Source: the human T2T-CHM13v2.0 reference genome, Homo sapiens
Assembly: GCA_009914755.4 (NCBI GenBank)
Contig: CP068257.2
Coordinates: 24,448,001 to 24,512,000, forward strand
Direction: 5' to 3'
Length of the DNA stretch: 64,000 nt
The position numbers were made by a program, and so were the translations under genes. The notes beneath the pieces were generated by a model, which saw nothing but the letters and a program-made list of their open reading frames with translations, was not told the DNA's origin and made no database searches. How positions within the stretch are numbered: position 1 is the first letter of the stretch; each line of letters starts with the position of its first letter. Shown here in pieces: positions 31,750 through 47,368 of the stretch.

Positions 31750-32812
31750 TTACAGATCCTCATCTTTTATGCAATATCATATTCATCACTAAATAACGAC
31801 ACAGCATAAAAATGAACTTTTACTTTATCAGTGGTACTTTACAGCACTACAGTGAGTTTTCTAGAGTTTAAGGCTTACGCTAATATGCTTAATGCACAAG
31901 TAAGTGCAAACTTAACAGGTTTCTTTCTGGTTCTTTTATTTTTCCCCTCTATTTCTTCTCATTGACCCACTGCAATGTTGACCCACTCGGAACGTAGAGC
32001 ATGGGCAAAAAAAAGAACCAAGAGACCATTAGAGAAGAGAATAAGTCTTTGAAAAGCTGCAGGTGGGAATATAATGGAAAACAAGATTCCAGAAGAGGTA
32101 GTGGGTCTACCATTTAACTAGAACATGCCCAGTAGAGCCATACTGATAAATCTGCATCTTAGAGTTGCTGATATACTTGGACAAGGGGAAAAAGAAGCAT
32201 ATTCCTCTATCCTTTGTCAGCCCAGAAATTTATCCCAACCCTATTTTCCTATACAGTTTCTACCAGCTTTCAGGCGTCAGGCCATTGTAAAACCAACATA
32301 GGTGGAGAGGGCAATTCAGGCTAGGATGGGGAGAGGTAGTTAGCGGGATTTCCAGTTCTGGGCTATAGTGAGGGAGTCAGTATACACTGCTGAGTCTGGT
32401 ACATACATTCCACATTGTCCATACCCTTTAATATCTTTACAATTTCTAATACCAAAGTGGTATGAAAATACTAATGAAGTTAAAGACCCTTACCAAAATG
32501 CTAATTTTCCAGGTTAAGTTATCATATTGTCTTCAATGTGCATTAAAATCTCAGAGCAGCTATCGGGGGATAAGGAGAGTGAGTACCCACTAAGCTTGGA
32601 GGCCAGCTAAACTCTCTAGAAAGTCATTTCCATCTGACTTCCCACCAGCATGAGGCAGAGCAGTTCAGAGCATTTTTCAAGTGAGTCGGCCTGCCGTTAC
32701 CAATGCCAAATTTAAAGCACTTATATGTTTTATCACAAGCCCATGAGCTTGTGATTTCATAAAATGGTACTAACTGGTCCTTGCCATGAGTAAATTCAAG
32801 TAACACGTATGA

Positions 32813-32905
32813 AGAAGATTTTAATAAAATTTTTTATTAGAAGATTTTAATAAAATTTTTTTATTAAAAGATTTTAATAAAATTTTTTATTTTATTAAAA
32901 GATTT
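32813..32905. repeat. Tandem repeat, about 27-bp unit x about 3.3 (gaagattttaataaaattttttatta)
   Basis: Three consecutive near-identical units are visible. Confidence 0.8.
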
Positions 32906-35900
32906 CTTAAAGGTCATTAACGCAAGTCATATTAGAAGAGATCACAGGCAAGTAGACAAAAAGAATTTACTCCGTGAAAGCTCACTGAAACAGGAATTCG
33001 GATATTTGACATTTACTTTTGTTCTTGTCTCTCATATGTACACATCAAAGCACACACATTCACATGGATGTAAAGATAGTAAGAGGCCACCTGCAATCAG
33101 AACAAGTGAGATTATAAATAAGTATATTATATAAGAATCCAAGACAAGAATTCCTTACTTTTAAGGAAAGGGCATCAGAGATTTATGATCTTAGACCTTT
33201 ACCTTTCTATTTTTAGCAGATTTACAGAAATATTGCAGGAACAGAACATGAAGTCACTTATTTTTGATAAGCACAAAGGATATTTACATTATATCGTCTG
33301 GTTTATTTCCTTTCAAAGTGTCATAACATTTACTCATCAGCCTTTACTGTGTGCTTATAACTCTCATACTGTTGTGGTTTTATTACTAGGATTTTTGGTC
33401 TAGGAGAAAGCTGCTTTACAAACATAATAGAAATTCAGTGAGAATATTAACTTGACATAAAAACCCAAGATAATTTTCAAACAGCATTCTTGTTCATTGT
33501 TCAAATTGTATTCTGTTAACTTATTTAGTTTAAGCCAAGATTACTTCTTTTCCTGCAGACTTGGAACACTAAAGAATACTCCAGGTTTAAATTCCAGGTT
33601 ATTTGCTTGATAAGCCTGGGTAGATTGTCCTTCTTAAATAACTTACACCAAAGCACTATCAAAGAAGCTCTCCCTTTGTAGAGCCCTCAGATTCACAGAA
33701 GGAATTTTTCGAATTGCCATTTCTATAGGAATAAAGGCTATCAGGAACCACAATACTAGGAGAAAATAATTCTGAAGGGGAGGTAGCAGTGAAGACTCTT
33801 ATTTCTATTTTCTTGACTATATTTATAAAAAATTGTTGCCGAAAGAACAGAAGACCAAGAGCCAAAAATCACACTGCAGTCTTACTCTTGGATGTAATGT
33901 TACTATCAGTTTCAGTGACACAACATCAGAGGCAATCTGATATTGACAATGGTAAAAATATGCAGACGCCAATATTAGGAGGGTGCAGTTAGTTGACAGT
34001 AGAGCCTATAAGTATTCATCTAAGTTTTCTCTGTTTGAAGAGAAGAAAAGAGAACATCAAACATTTCTAGTATATAGAGCAAGGATTCCTAATCTTTTTT
34101 TTTTTTTAATGTGCAAACAAGACAAAAGTTACTTCACTGTCTAGGGGTTATTCCCTACTCTTTAGCACTGGCCTGACTCTCTCACTCCCACATATAAGCA
34201 TTCAATAAATACTTATGCCAACAATTAAGAAACACCTGGCATGAAAAATAATAACAGTAATAAACTAGAAGGTAGAAAATGTAATTATTGACAAAGGTGT
34301 GGAACAATACAAAATAAATTCCACTTTAGATACCTGTGAAATTTTTTATTGTGGCACCAGGAGAGTAATTTCCTAACAGAGAAAAGAAAACATAGCATCC
34401 ACACCTCTGTCTTTACCAATTCCTAAATACCAGCTACAGTTCAACTTGTCCACGGACTTCAGGCTCCTCCTAGAAAACAAGAAGGCTTAAAAAGCAAGAC
34501 AACCTATTAGCTATGTTGCTCAATAAATTTCAATGTTAATTTCCTAATTCTTTGATAACACATTCCTGAACTCCTTTGTAATTCAGGCAACATTTTAAAA
34601 ATCAGATGATCTAACTGGACTCCAAGAATTACATAAACAGTGTGAGCAGTGAGACTTCGAATGTGCAATCAACTATTTTTTTAATCCTGCTGCTAAAAGC
34701 CTTCAGTAGCACAGAACTGGTTGTCAGAGATTTCAGTGTAACCTAACACCTAACGTGAATGACTGCTGTACAAAAATACAGCTGAAAATACTATGAGGAA
34801 GAGATAGAAACGGATTGTTGATGGCTAAGCAAAACAGCAAATGCTGATGGTTATCAAACACATGCCGTTCCCACTCTACACAGATAAGATTTCAAAGCTG
34901 TTTGAGTCCTAGGTTAAGTTTTGGGCAAGTTCTGGCTTGATGCCTTATATTCAGATAAACATTTTCCAGGCAGTGAACATATTCAAAGTTGGGGACAGTG
35001 GGGTAACCCGAAAACATTCCTGACCTTGATGGACAGATAATCCAATGGTGGAGACACAAATAAGGCCAAATTGGCTAACCAAAGGTGCTGGAGTGTTAAT
35101 GCAGAGGTCTGGCAAGGGTACACCGAAGAGCTCTCAGGAAAGAGTGACTGGTTTGACTTGGAGAAGGAGAAGGAAGGCAGACCAAAGATCAGAGCAGAAA
35201 ACATGCCCAGGCTGAGTATGGGTCGGACAGGAAGCATGAAAGGTAGCACAAGGCTAGCGTCCAAATGACCTTGAATTTGTAATAAACGTGTGAAGTCACT
35301 GGGAGCTGCTGCCACATTCCAAAGCAAGCAAGAGCAGCATCCCACCAGTGTATGAGGAGGATGCGGGGGCCCCAGGACAACTTTCGTGGGCCTCTTTCTC
35401 TCTTAAAAAAACATTAAAAGCTATATTTTAGGGCTCTGTTGATTGGTATAAAGACAACTCTAAGTCAGGCTGGATTCATTATTGTATATTCATGATTATT
35501 ATCTTGTTCTTTATTTTTCCTTCTGATTTTAAAAGAAATTAAACATTTTTGAGGGCTCCTAAAGGTACTGCACAGCCAAGACTACGGTCTGACTGGAAGC
35601 ACCAGGAGTAACAGGAGGCAGTAAACAGGAGTGGAGGTAGGGAAGATTCTAAGGCTTGTAAATTTCAAGGATGAGCACATTCGGTGCGGTGTTTAGGGGG
35701 TGAGTCTAGAGTGCTTTCATGGCCAAGGTCAACAGGCATTATTAGAGTGCACCAGGCTACAGAATGTGAGTTTGTCCTGACGGGGGTGGGGGAGAAAAAG
35801 AAGGAAAACAATCACTACCTCCCTGATTTATTAGCAAACATCCCATTCTGTCTAGCCCCACATCACATCAGGAGTTCTAAGAGTCAATCTGGCAGAGCAA

Positions 35901-38900
35901 TTCATCTACGTTTCATTGCCTTGAGTGATGGGAACTTATTTTAATTTTCAAAACTAGCATATGTTTAACAGACTTGTGCAGAGCTGCCTATGTGACCTGG
36001 GGAAAAAATTATCTGGACTCTCACCATGCAGATTATCAGCTTGAATTGCTAATGCATTCCTTACCCCCGACGGATGTCTTTTTGACATGTCTACAGAGGA
36101 ATAAGCCCTAAAACACAGAAATAACAAACTGTACAATCTATATCTCGCCCTTGGGCAGGAGGGGTATTGCACTGTGTGGGAAAGATTTACATTCTACCAA
36201 AAAATCTAAGCAAAGAGTATTTACATAAGCACAAAAATTTTTTCACAAACTTGTTCAAATAAACTAAGAGAAGAACACAACTGTGATCGCAAAACAGATA
36301 ACATCACATAGATTCTGGCTTCTGACTTTACTGCTGTTGTTCATAGCATGTAATTCTAGATAATAAGAATTTTAGGTAATTAGAATAGAAGTGCCTCTTC
36401 AGATGTGCTAAAATGTTACGTGCATGGCTGTTTCTAAAGAGGGAATAATGTTGGTGTACACCTAACGCTAACCAACTGTGCCCTAATGAAGGTAAATCCC
36501 CAAATATCCATAACACTCACTTTGTTTTCTGTGTACGGCCAATCTCCAGTCAAGAGCTCCTTTACCCTGACACTAGTCTCACCCATGTTGTTCAGCTATG
36601 CAGTGGTTCTCCAACAGGGTAAGCTTGTTAACTACATGGGTCCTAGGCCACTTTGCTTTTTGAGCCCTATGAACTGTTTCTAGGTAGAGGTTCAAAGTTC
36701 TTGGCAAAGATGATTGTCACGACTTGGGTGGTGCTACTGGCATCTATCTAGTAGGTAGAAGCTAGGGATGTTACTAAACATCCTACAATGTACAGGCAGC
36801 CTCCGCTGTAGGCCCTCCCCCACCCAACATAAACAATTATTTGGCTCAAAATGTCAGTAATTCCCAGGTTGAAAACTCCAACCTAAGCCTTTACTTAGGG
36901 GGAAAGAGTCATGTCTTACTGTTCTCTGTATTTCTATTTGTTCACAGAACAAAATTAGCATTCAAATATTGGTTGAACCAAACAGAGTTTCCACTCAAAA
37001 CATAATTAATCCAACTGACATCATATAAAACAATAACTATGTAAACTGTAAATCCTACAAAATACAGCCTCCCTTCCACAGAAGCAAAAAAAAAAAAACG
37101 TTAATTTTTAAAAGGTAGTTGGTGTATCAAAAGTTATTAACATTAAGCAAGATAACCCCTTCAACTCAAGATTACAGAAGATTGCCCCATAATTATTTCA
37201 TATAAAATGATCAAAAATAATTTTATTGTATTAACTCCCTGTGGGTCAATTTATAATAGTAATCTTTTAATTAAGAAATCTTGAGGGTTAATTATCCAGC
37301 TTTCATTTAAAAAAAAAAATGAGGTGGTAACTATTTCTGGGCAAAGTTCACCAGGAAGCAAGACAATGCACTCATAACTAGGGTTCCAAGACCAAGCAAG
37401 CCAGTCAGAATCTCTCTGTAGGTAAAGACTTTCAAATTCTAGCCAATCATTTCATAATGAACAACTTAGACAAACGGAGAAAAGGCTTAAAAACTGGAAT
37501 CTCTTTGAATAATGTATTAACTCTACTGGAATAACAAATATATACTAATAGGTTACATAAATCAAAAGCCCTATGAAAATATATAACTAAAAAAATTATT
37601 GCTAGAAACCTCTCTATGTCTTGTATCTGCAACTATGAACAGGGTCTAATCCATCACTGTCTATATCTCTAGAGACCTCAGGGGACTTACAGCTGGGTCA
37701 GGGTCACTGTAGGAACTGGCTGAAGGGACCCACACATGAAAGTACCAATATGATCTTTGGAATCAAAAGGCAAAAGTCAATTCTGTATTTAGTAATTACC
37801 AGCTGTTTGGAGAAAGCCAGTTAACTTTACCTCTTGATTTCCTTTATCTCTCAAATGGACATAGTAACATCCCACCTCACAGGATATTATGAGGATTAAA
37901 ATGCAGTAATATACATAAAATGGAGAGTAAGCACTTTAAGAGCTAATCATATTGTCTCAACTTGTATCTAGCAGGAAGAGGGAAAAGAAAAGAAAACTAA
38001 AATGAGCACGTTCGTAAGACATCTGGGGAGCCTGAACTGATGAATACACAGCATTTGAAATCTCCTGCGAGCTATCCCTACAAAGATACCTGCTATTTAT
38101 TCAGGAACCCTGAGAGAGGATTTCCTGCACTAAAGAAAATGCTGACTATATAACCACATATGACACACTGGTTTAAAGAATGTCTTATGCCATTTAAAAT
38201 AGACAATCTTTCCTTGTTTATCTGCAAGACGTCTGCCTGCCAAGTTGTCTCTAAAAGAGACAAACTGGTAACGACACTGCAACACGTGTGTCGTCAACCC
38301 CAGCTACACGCTCAGTGTGGCAGATCTGACTCACCAAGTCTACATAGTATTTTTAAACTATCTAAGATATTTTAACTCATGCAGTTTAATGGCAATTTTA
38401 GCTCTTTTCAGAATGTCTGATATAAGGTTCATGAAGTCCACTCTGACAATTTACTATCCGTGAATCACAATGATTCTAAACAGAGCTAAGAAGCAAATTT
38501 CAAGATATTAAATTTTTTTGGTTCATTTCTTTAGCCACAGTATTAAATTTGTTTCTACACAGAACTTCTCTTGTGTAAGAAATTTGTTATTGCATGCTTA
38601 TACCACTAAGTTATTAAATATATCACTAGTAATGTATACTCAAAATGGCCCAGTGAGGTTTAAGACATTCGTTTCGAAGTATGAATAAATGCCTCATTTC
38701 ATATCTAATTCAGTGTTCTCAAAAACAGTTTTCAGAAAATGTCAACAGTTATTACCTGGGAGTGGGGAGAATTCTGTCATAAAACACATATGGGAAATGG
38801 ATCATTCAAGATGGATACTGGAGGCTTTTGAAAAAAAAAACCGTAATAATGAAGTCAGTTTAACTTTTTTAAAACCAAGGTTTCCCAAAATGTATTTGAC

Positions 38901-39298
38901 CGTGGGACACTTCCATTGTGACACATTTAACATGCTTGGAACTGAATTTGAAAAATGTACTAAGAGATTTGAAATGGATGATCAAGCAAAACTTAACCAG
39001 ATCATTCTGAGTGAAACAAAATAAACAAAACCAAAAGAAGCCTTAAAGGGAACAAAAGCAGGAGTGTTACCAAGCTCCTGCAGAAATGATGATTATAATA
39101 ACACATCAGATTTGGCTCTAGGCAAAATAATTACATGACATGAAGAATTGAGAGCAAGAAAAGAGAGGATTAGAATGAAGGAGTGTTTCCAAAGGCCTAA
39201 AATATTTCAGAAGCAAATCATGAGCATTCAGAAAATGCCAAAAGGGTACAAGTCAAGAATTTTATAAGGTCCCAATGCAGTGTAAAATTCCAGGTCTT

Positions 39299-39591
39299 GG
39301 ACAGGCACCATGGCTCACACCTGTAATCCCAGCACTTTGGGAAGCCGAGGCAGGTGGATCATGAGGTTAGGAGTTCAAGACCAGCCTGGCCAAGATGGTG
39401 AAACCCCGTCTCTACTAAAAATACAAAAATTAGCCATGCGTGGTGGCAGCTGCCTGTAATCCCAGCTACTCAGGAGGCTGAAGCAGAGAATTGCTTGAAC
39501 CCGGGAGGCAGAGGTTGCAGTGAGCTGAGATCACACCATGTATTCCAGCCTGGGTGACAGAGTGAGACTCCGTTTCAAAAAAAAAAAAAAA
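39299..39591 (+). mobile_element. Alu (full length), TSD aaat(t)tcaggtctt
   Basis: Sequence ggacaggcaccatggctcacacctgtaatcccagcactttgggaagccgaggcaggtggatcatgaggttaggagttcaagaccagcctggccaagatggtgaaaccccgtctctac... Confidence 0.9.
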
Positions 39592-41055
39592 TTTCAGGTC
39601 TTAGGTCTTTTAAACTATACAGGTGAACTAAATCATGGTGGTTTGTTCCAAACTAAGTTAAATTTTCACTTAGCGATATAAACGTGAGATGGCTAATGAC
39701 AAGCAGATGCACAAATTTTATCACATCCCTGGATTCCTAAATTGCATTTGTGAAATTCAATAAAGTGACACGAAGTATAGACAATAAGTGAATAAGAACT
39801 AAGAACAGAAAAAGTAGAAGACATGGATATCTGCAGCAAAGCCCACACCCGAGGGGAGAAAAACATTAGTGCTGTTGTTTCCATGATACGAGCACAGGTT
39901 CCTACACTGATTTCACAATAAAAAATACAAATTACTTCTAATTTTCCCATTTTCACACAAGTGAAAGAGAGTTCAGCCCAATTTCTGAATTAAATTTTCC
40001 TTCCTATAGAGGGAAGGTCTTTAGAAAATCTTTACAAAATAGTACTACACATGCCTTGTGATATTAGGGTGATACGGTGATAAATTAAAAGCAACAGGTA
40101 ATTAATATGATTAATGTAATACCCAGAGAACTTCACTATTTCTTAAATGTTTTCCTGAGATGTTATATTGAAACGTTGTGCTAAATGTCATTACATAAAA
40201 TGTTGAGCATCACACAACAGCTGACAAACTAATCTTCCAAAAAGAAAGGAATAGATGGTCATTCACACGAAGGTTACATTTTACAAACAAAACTGGACAC
40301 ACAATACCATTCTGTGATGTTTAAGATACAACAAAACATGTACTGCTTTTTTAAAAATTGCTGTAATGAGGCTCTCACAGTTATTCACGTTTTATTTAGC
40401 TACAAGTTTTAAGATATCTGTGAAAGAAAACTTCTTTGTTTTAAGTTCTTGTTTGAAGATCACCAAGCTTCTATAGTGTCTCTCTGAAGTGGTGACACGC
40501 TGACTTCCAGGCACAAGCCAGGCACAAGAGAAGCTCTGCAGGAAACAGCAAGGCCACTCTCCATAAGGAGACAGGCTTGGCCATGACAACTGTGGCTTAG
40601 AGCTGAGGAGCACAGCAACTCACAACTAATGTCTTTGAATTTTAGGTACCAGCACTGAGAATCAAGTTCCTTTCCATGTTTTAAGAAACTAATAAAATCC
40701 TCAAGAAGACCTGTTTTAGATATTCATGACATTTCCTAAGGCATTCTATAATGTTAAAATACTTAGAAATGACTCAACCATTTGGCTAAGCTTACGCTAA
40801 GGGCAAATTCCTGTTTCTAGATGCGTCAGGTCTGGACAGCACCAATATGTGAGCTTCAACACCCAGAGACTTGACTTCTATTTAGCAATTTATATTTTTA
40901 GTAGTAGCCTTCCCTTCCTTCCTTCCTTACTATCACAGAAAAGAACAAAGAAAAAAAAATTCTGCTTCAAAAGCCAAAGAGTTCACTACTAAGAATAAAT
41001 TCTATTATCTTCCTTAGACTATGCCTATTACTGGGTAATATAAATATATGTTGTT

Positions 41056-41389
<334 letters not shown>

Positions 41390-42217
41390 TCTGTTGTCAA
41401 TGAAGTAGTGAAAAGGCCCGTAAAACAAAACACTTCATTATTTACCAAAGGAGCACCGAGGTTTTCCAGCGAAATGCAACCATTTTATTGTTCACAGTGA
41501 TTCTATAAACGTTTTTCCTTTAAGACAATTGCGCATAGAGCAATACACTCAGTCAGTCACTCATATATTTGTTGGCTCTTTTTACTAAGCCAAAACAAAG
41601 ATTATTAAACTCTTATTAGAGACAACAACAGTGTAATGGAGGCATGCTTAAATAAGGGAAATAAGAAAATTTATACTATACTAAGTATAATTTAAGCATT
41701 GATAGCCAAATGACCAATACGGCAATACTTGAGAAATGTCCAGTCATAAGAAGCTCCTCTGAACGATAAAGCCAAACTTACTGACAACTGACTTGAACTA
41801 ATACCTAATTCAAGTCATCTGAGAGATCTAACCAACTGTTCTCATCAGTGAGAAACATTATATGTTATCTATTGCACAATATGACTGAAAGATAGTCATG
41901 TCTTGAATCTCAAATCTTCAGAATGATAAACCACAAAACTCTACTTTGACACCTAATGTATACAGATGAATGTCTGTCTACTTCCTACTGGAATCGTGAT
42001 AGTTGAATTAAGATTTTTTTTTTTTTCACTCAGATCCTGTTTTCTTAAATAAGGAAAAACAATAATAAACTTACCATATTAAACAACTAAAAATCAGTTG
42101 TCCATAGATGACAAATGTGATACAATCTAGCTGTCACTAGATAAAAGGTTAATTTTGTAAACAGAGTCAGTTAAAAAAATAAACAAAAAAATAAGCAATT
42201 TAAGATAAAAGTACTTT

Positions 42218-42356
42218 GGCATGGTGAGACATTACACTCACTGGGGCCAGGAGTTCAAGGCTGTAGTTTGCTATGATCGAGCCTGTGAATAGCTACTGCA
42301 CTCCAGCCTCACATAGGGAGACCCTATCTCTTTAAAAAAGAAAAAAGTGATGTCTC
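42218..42356 (+). mobile_element. Alu right-arm fragment
   Basis: Sequence ggccaggagttcaaggctgtagtttgctatgatcgagcctgtgaatagctactgcactccagcctcacatagggagaccctatctc...aaaaaag. Confidence 0.6.
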
Positions 42357-43060
42357 AAATATGGTGTTTGGGACTCACTAAAAATAACTAAATTTAAGGG
42401 GGAAAGATTAAATTGGTATTATATATGCCATATGCTTAAATTCTGATTTTAGCTCAACCTTATAATTAAATCTGTACTTTGCACCCATTAGACATTTCAG
42501 CAAACTGAAGTTCATTCAAATCAAAATCTACAAAAAGAACAAGATCCCAAGGCACTGAATTAGACTTTTAATATTCAAGATGTAAAATAGGCACTCTTTT
42601 AAGAAATTACTTTTAGTTCTCCTCTACCTTTAAAAAAAGTTTCTCTCCTACTCGTGAACTAATTCAGAACTTTACATTTCTGTTACACAGCATATGATTT
42701 CTGCTTTATTACTTGGATATCTGTTTAGTATTCACAACATATATGTATCTCCATTAAGCCCAGAATTCTTTGACAGATGGTCTCACCCAAAGAACTCATA
42801 AATACTTGATTACTTCAACTTAGTTTGCAAAAATTAAAAAATCAGTAAATTATGTTACAGACTATAGTATTTTGAGTGTTAAAATCACTTCTAAAGAACA
42901 CCATCACAACAGAACCCTAAATTCAGAATCGGGTTGACATGGTCTAAGAAAGTGAATAAACGGGTAAGTGATCTTCCTAGTGCATCATATTCTACACTAA
43001 AAATTCACCATTTATACTTCATTTCTGAAACTCAATGTCAAAGAGAAGATTAAAAATCTG

Positions 43061-43364
43061 GGGGCTGGGCACAGTGGCTCATGCCTGTAATCACAGCACT
43101 TAGGGAGGCATGGGTGGGTAGATCCCTGAGCTCAGGAGTTGGAGACCAGCCTGGGCAACATGGCAAAACCCCGTCTCTAAAAAAAGATACAAAAATTAGC
43201 TGGGCATGGTGGTGCATGCCTGTAGTCCCAGCTACTTAGGAGGCTGTGGAGGGAGGATCGCTTGAGCCCAGCAGGTCAAGGCTGCAGTCAGCCAAGATTG
43301 TGCCACTGCACTCCAGCAGAGTAAAACCCTGCCCCATCTCTCAAAGACAAAACAAAACAAAACA
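43061..43364 (+). mobile_element. Alu (AluJ-like, diverged)
   Basis: Sequence gggctgggcacagtggctcatgcctgtaatcacagcacttagggaggcatgggtgggtagatccctgagctcaggagttggagaccagcctgggcaacatggcaaaaccccgtctc... Confidence 0.85.
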
Positions 43365-43610
43365 TCTGACAGTTCCTGAGTAATCGGCAGCCTACGTAAG
43401 GAACCTATTAATACTGCATATGCAATTTTTATTAACACACTTGCCAATATCCTCATTTTAGGACTAGTCTAATGTTTGTATGATGCCAGACTAATTTTGA
43501 ATGTCTGAATTATTCACAATTACTAGGAAGACAAATCATTAGACTATGGATTCAGTCTACAATCTTATTCTATATCTTTTGGCTATGTTAACTGATTAAC
43601 AACTAGAATA

Positions 43611-44028
<418 letters not shown>

Positions 44029-44169
44029 CTAGAACTTAACTTGGTTGTGACTTTGATTTCTGACATTTACAAAATGGCATTCAGTCCTTTATAACCCATT
44101 GACTTCTCTTATGTTGAAATTCCTTTGCAGGAGTTTCCAAACATGTTAAAGTACAGCATTTGGAGGAGA

Positions 44170-44296
44170 AGCAATGTTTGCCTCCTGGACTCAAGCGATC
44201 TTCCCACTCAGCCTCCTGAGTAGCTGGAACCACAGGTGCACACCACCACTCCCAGCTATATTTGTAGAGATGAGGTCTCCCTATGTTGCCCAGGCT
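44170..44296 (-). mobile_element. Alu internal fragment (about 125 bp)
   Basis: Sequence cctcctggactcaagcgatcttcccactcagcctcctgagtagctggaaccacaggtgcacaccaccactcccagcta...tgtagagatgaggtctccctatgttgcccaggctc. Confidence 0.7.
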
Positions 44297-45958
44297 CATG
44301 ACAAGGAATACTGCATGCCAATAATGGATGCCAGCTGAGTGTCCTCTAATTCAACTGGATTCTGACACTGTACTTGGAGATTACACATCCCACAGGCTGA
44401 GGGCTCAGTACCACAAAACTCCCCCAACTTCAGATGTCAATCACAAGCCCCAGGTTGTAGCCTGTGCTTCTGACCAACTGGCTACCATTCCCCAGACCCC
44501 TTACTTCGTTTTGATTCATTGCTGGAGCACCTTCAGAGAACTAAGAGAAATACTTGCTTACATTCACCCATTTATTTTAAAGGATATTACAAAGGACACA
44601 CAGATGAACAGCCAGATGGAAGAGATGCACGGGGTGAGGTGCGGCTGAAGAGAAAACGAGATTCCATGCCCTTTCCTGACATCCAACCCTCCAGGAACCT
44701 CCATGTGTTCAGCTATCTGGAAGTTCCCAGAACGCGGTCCTTCAGGGTTGTTAAGAAACCTTCATTATGTAGGTATCATTGATCATTAGTTTATCAACTC
44801 AAACTTCAGCTCCTGGAGGTTGGGGAGGGTGACTGAAAGTCCTAACCCTCTAATCACATGGTAGGTTACCCAGCCACCAGTCATCTCATTAGCATATAAG
44901 ACCTTCTTAGCACTGGAGATTCCAAGGATTTTAGGAGCTAAATGTCAGGAAACATATACATCAGGAAGACCAAATAGATGCCACAGTATCACATGACCAT
45001 TTTCTTGGAGTCAAGATATTTGTTCTTCCTTAAAACTTCGATGTTTCTAAATATCCAAGGTATCCACATAAGGTTAAAAATAAACTTCTCACCACTCCAC
45101 TTGTCATTTAAAATCATCCAACATTTTAACATTTCATCAAATCTCTATATCTATACAATAGTGCCCATCTCTTCATGTTTTTAAGAGCCCTGTCCTCACA
45201 CTATTCTTAGTGAATAGACAGCAAGAGATATTATTCCCTTCTTACAATTATGCTCTGTGCATAATAAGATAGCAAGCCAAAGATAAAGCCAGGATTAGAA
45301 GTACTTTCTTAAATTGAGAGCTTATCAGAAGGTAAAGCTGGCTAACATGATTATCTATGTAACAGCACCAGACCTTCTCACTTCGAAATTCAAGACATCT
45401 CCAACCACTCAGAAAGGGTATGGGGGTTGAAAACAGCCCCATTATATGCACGACTTCTATAACTTAAAGATAGCCAAGTTCATATCAAACTAAGTTATTG
45501 AATTTTATATCACTTTCTAACAAGTAATCATAGAACCATGACAAAACATACAAAATACAGAAGTTTTCTCCTTGACTTGGTGCAAATTCAATCCAATTAC
45601 TCCACAGACCTCTTTTATTTTAGTCACTCAAACTTTGATTTTTCATTTCCTTAGTCGTACATTAGGACAAATGCAAATTATATACAGAAGGCAGCACATT
45701 TAGCCTTATTATCTCAAACTCATTCCTAAGCAAGTACATCTGCCTGGATGGTGAGGCCTCCATCAGAGGTTAAATGCAAGCCCTAGCTGGAAAGTTACTG
45801 GAAGGGCATGTGTCCTACCTGCCTTTCTCTCTCATCATCCCAGATCTTCATCTCCCCAATGTCACCACATTAGGAGTGTTTTGCATATAAATCAAAACGA
45901 AGCCCCAGAGAGCCCTTGGTAGGAATATCTGGACTTGTGTTTTAGAAATAGTTTTGTC

Positions 45959-46389
<431 letters not shown>

Positions 46390-47042
46390 TCACTCTGCAC
46401 GCCACTGCCTCTCTGAAAGAACCAACATACCACACAGGCACGCACACGATGGACAATATACAGCCACCGAGCAATCATATACATCTTTTAAAAAGAAACA
46501 GGCAATTTCATGATTCTACTGTACCCTGGATCCATCAGGCTTTATCTAGGGAGTGCTATTTTTAAAATATGTACAGGCTTTTTTAGGTCCTCAGTAAGAT
46601 CATGGAAGTGTTTTGCTCCCTAAGGAAAACTGAAATTTGAGGTATAAGACTGGAGTTTTACACCTCTAGAATTCATCTTTGGTAACCATGCCCATTTGAT
46701 TTATAAATAATCTAAAAATATGGATTTTTAAGGAGCAGTGTATTTACCTTAGTCCACCTCATCTTTTTCTTTTCAGGAATGTTATCACAAAAATGTGTGC
46801 TGATTACTTCCTTGTATCTGAGCTTTGAGCAACTTACAAGGCAGACACTGGACCTAAAACACAGGTTGGTTGTTTTAGAAGAAGAAAAAAAAAAAGCTGG
46901 TTTTAAATCTGGATTTAAGTCTTGGCCCTGACTCCAAAGCAGGCCAGTTTATGTGCCTGTCTTCTGTTGCCAGATCTGTAGAAACTAGAATGTCATTCTC
47001 CGCTGAGAAACCACAAACTAGTTTCCTTAGACCATTCGTCTT

Positions 47043-47368
47043 CCTTTTTGAGACAGTCTCAATGTCACCCAGGCTGGAGTGCAGTGGCGCGATCTCTGCT
47101 CACTGCACCTATGCCTCCTGGGTTCAAGAGATCCATCTCTGCTCACTGCACCTATGCCTCCTGGGTTCAAGAGATCCTCCCGCCTCCACCTCCACCTCCG
47201 CCTCCTGAGTAGCTGGGACTACAGGCATGCGCCACCACACCCAGCTAATTTTTCCTATTTTCAGTAGAGACAGCATTTGGCCATGTTGCCCAGGCTAACA
47301 TCAAGTGATCCGCCCACCTCGGCCTCCCAAAGTGCTGGGGTTACAGGCATGAGCCACTGCGCCTGGCC
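47043..47368 (-). mobile_element. Alu carrying an internal tandem duplication of about 37 bp (47095-47131 and 47132-47168)
   Basis: Sequence ...cagtggcgcgatctctgctcactgcacctatgcctcctgggttcaagagatcc|atctctgctcactgcacctatgcctcctgggttcaagagatcc|tcccgcctccacctccacctccgcctcctgagtagctgggactacaggcatgcgccaccacacccagctaattttt... Confidence 0.88.

Noticed and set aside
34983-35380. Overlapping ORFs on both strands (120 aa, 65 aa, 63 aa)
   Set aside because: No recognisable homology and no codon-usage contrast with flanks. Both-strand ORFs at the same place are typical of chance open frames.
38689-39024. 111-aa ORF (MPHFISNSVFSKTVFRKCQQLLPGSGENSVIKHIWEMDHSRWILEAFEKK...)
   Set aside because: I could not match it to any protein family I know. 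It is possibly a decayed transposon fragment. Without a search I will not call it; a blastx against Dfam/RepeatPeps would settle it.
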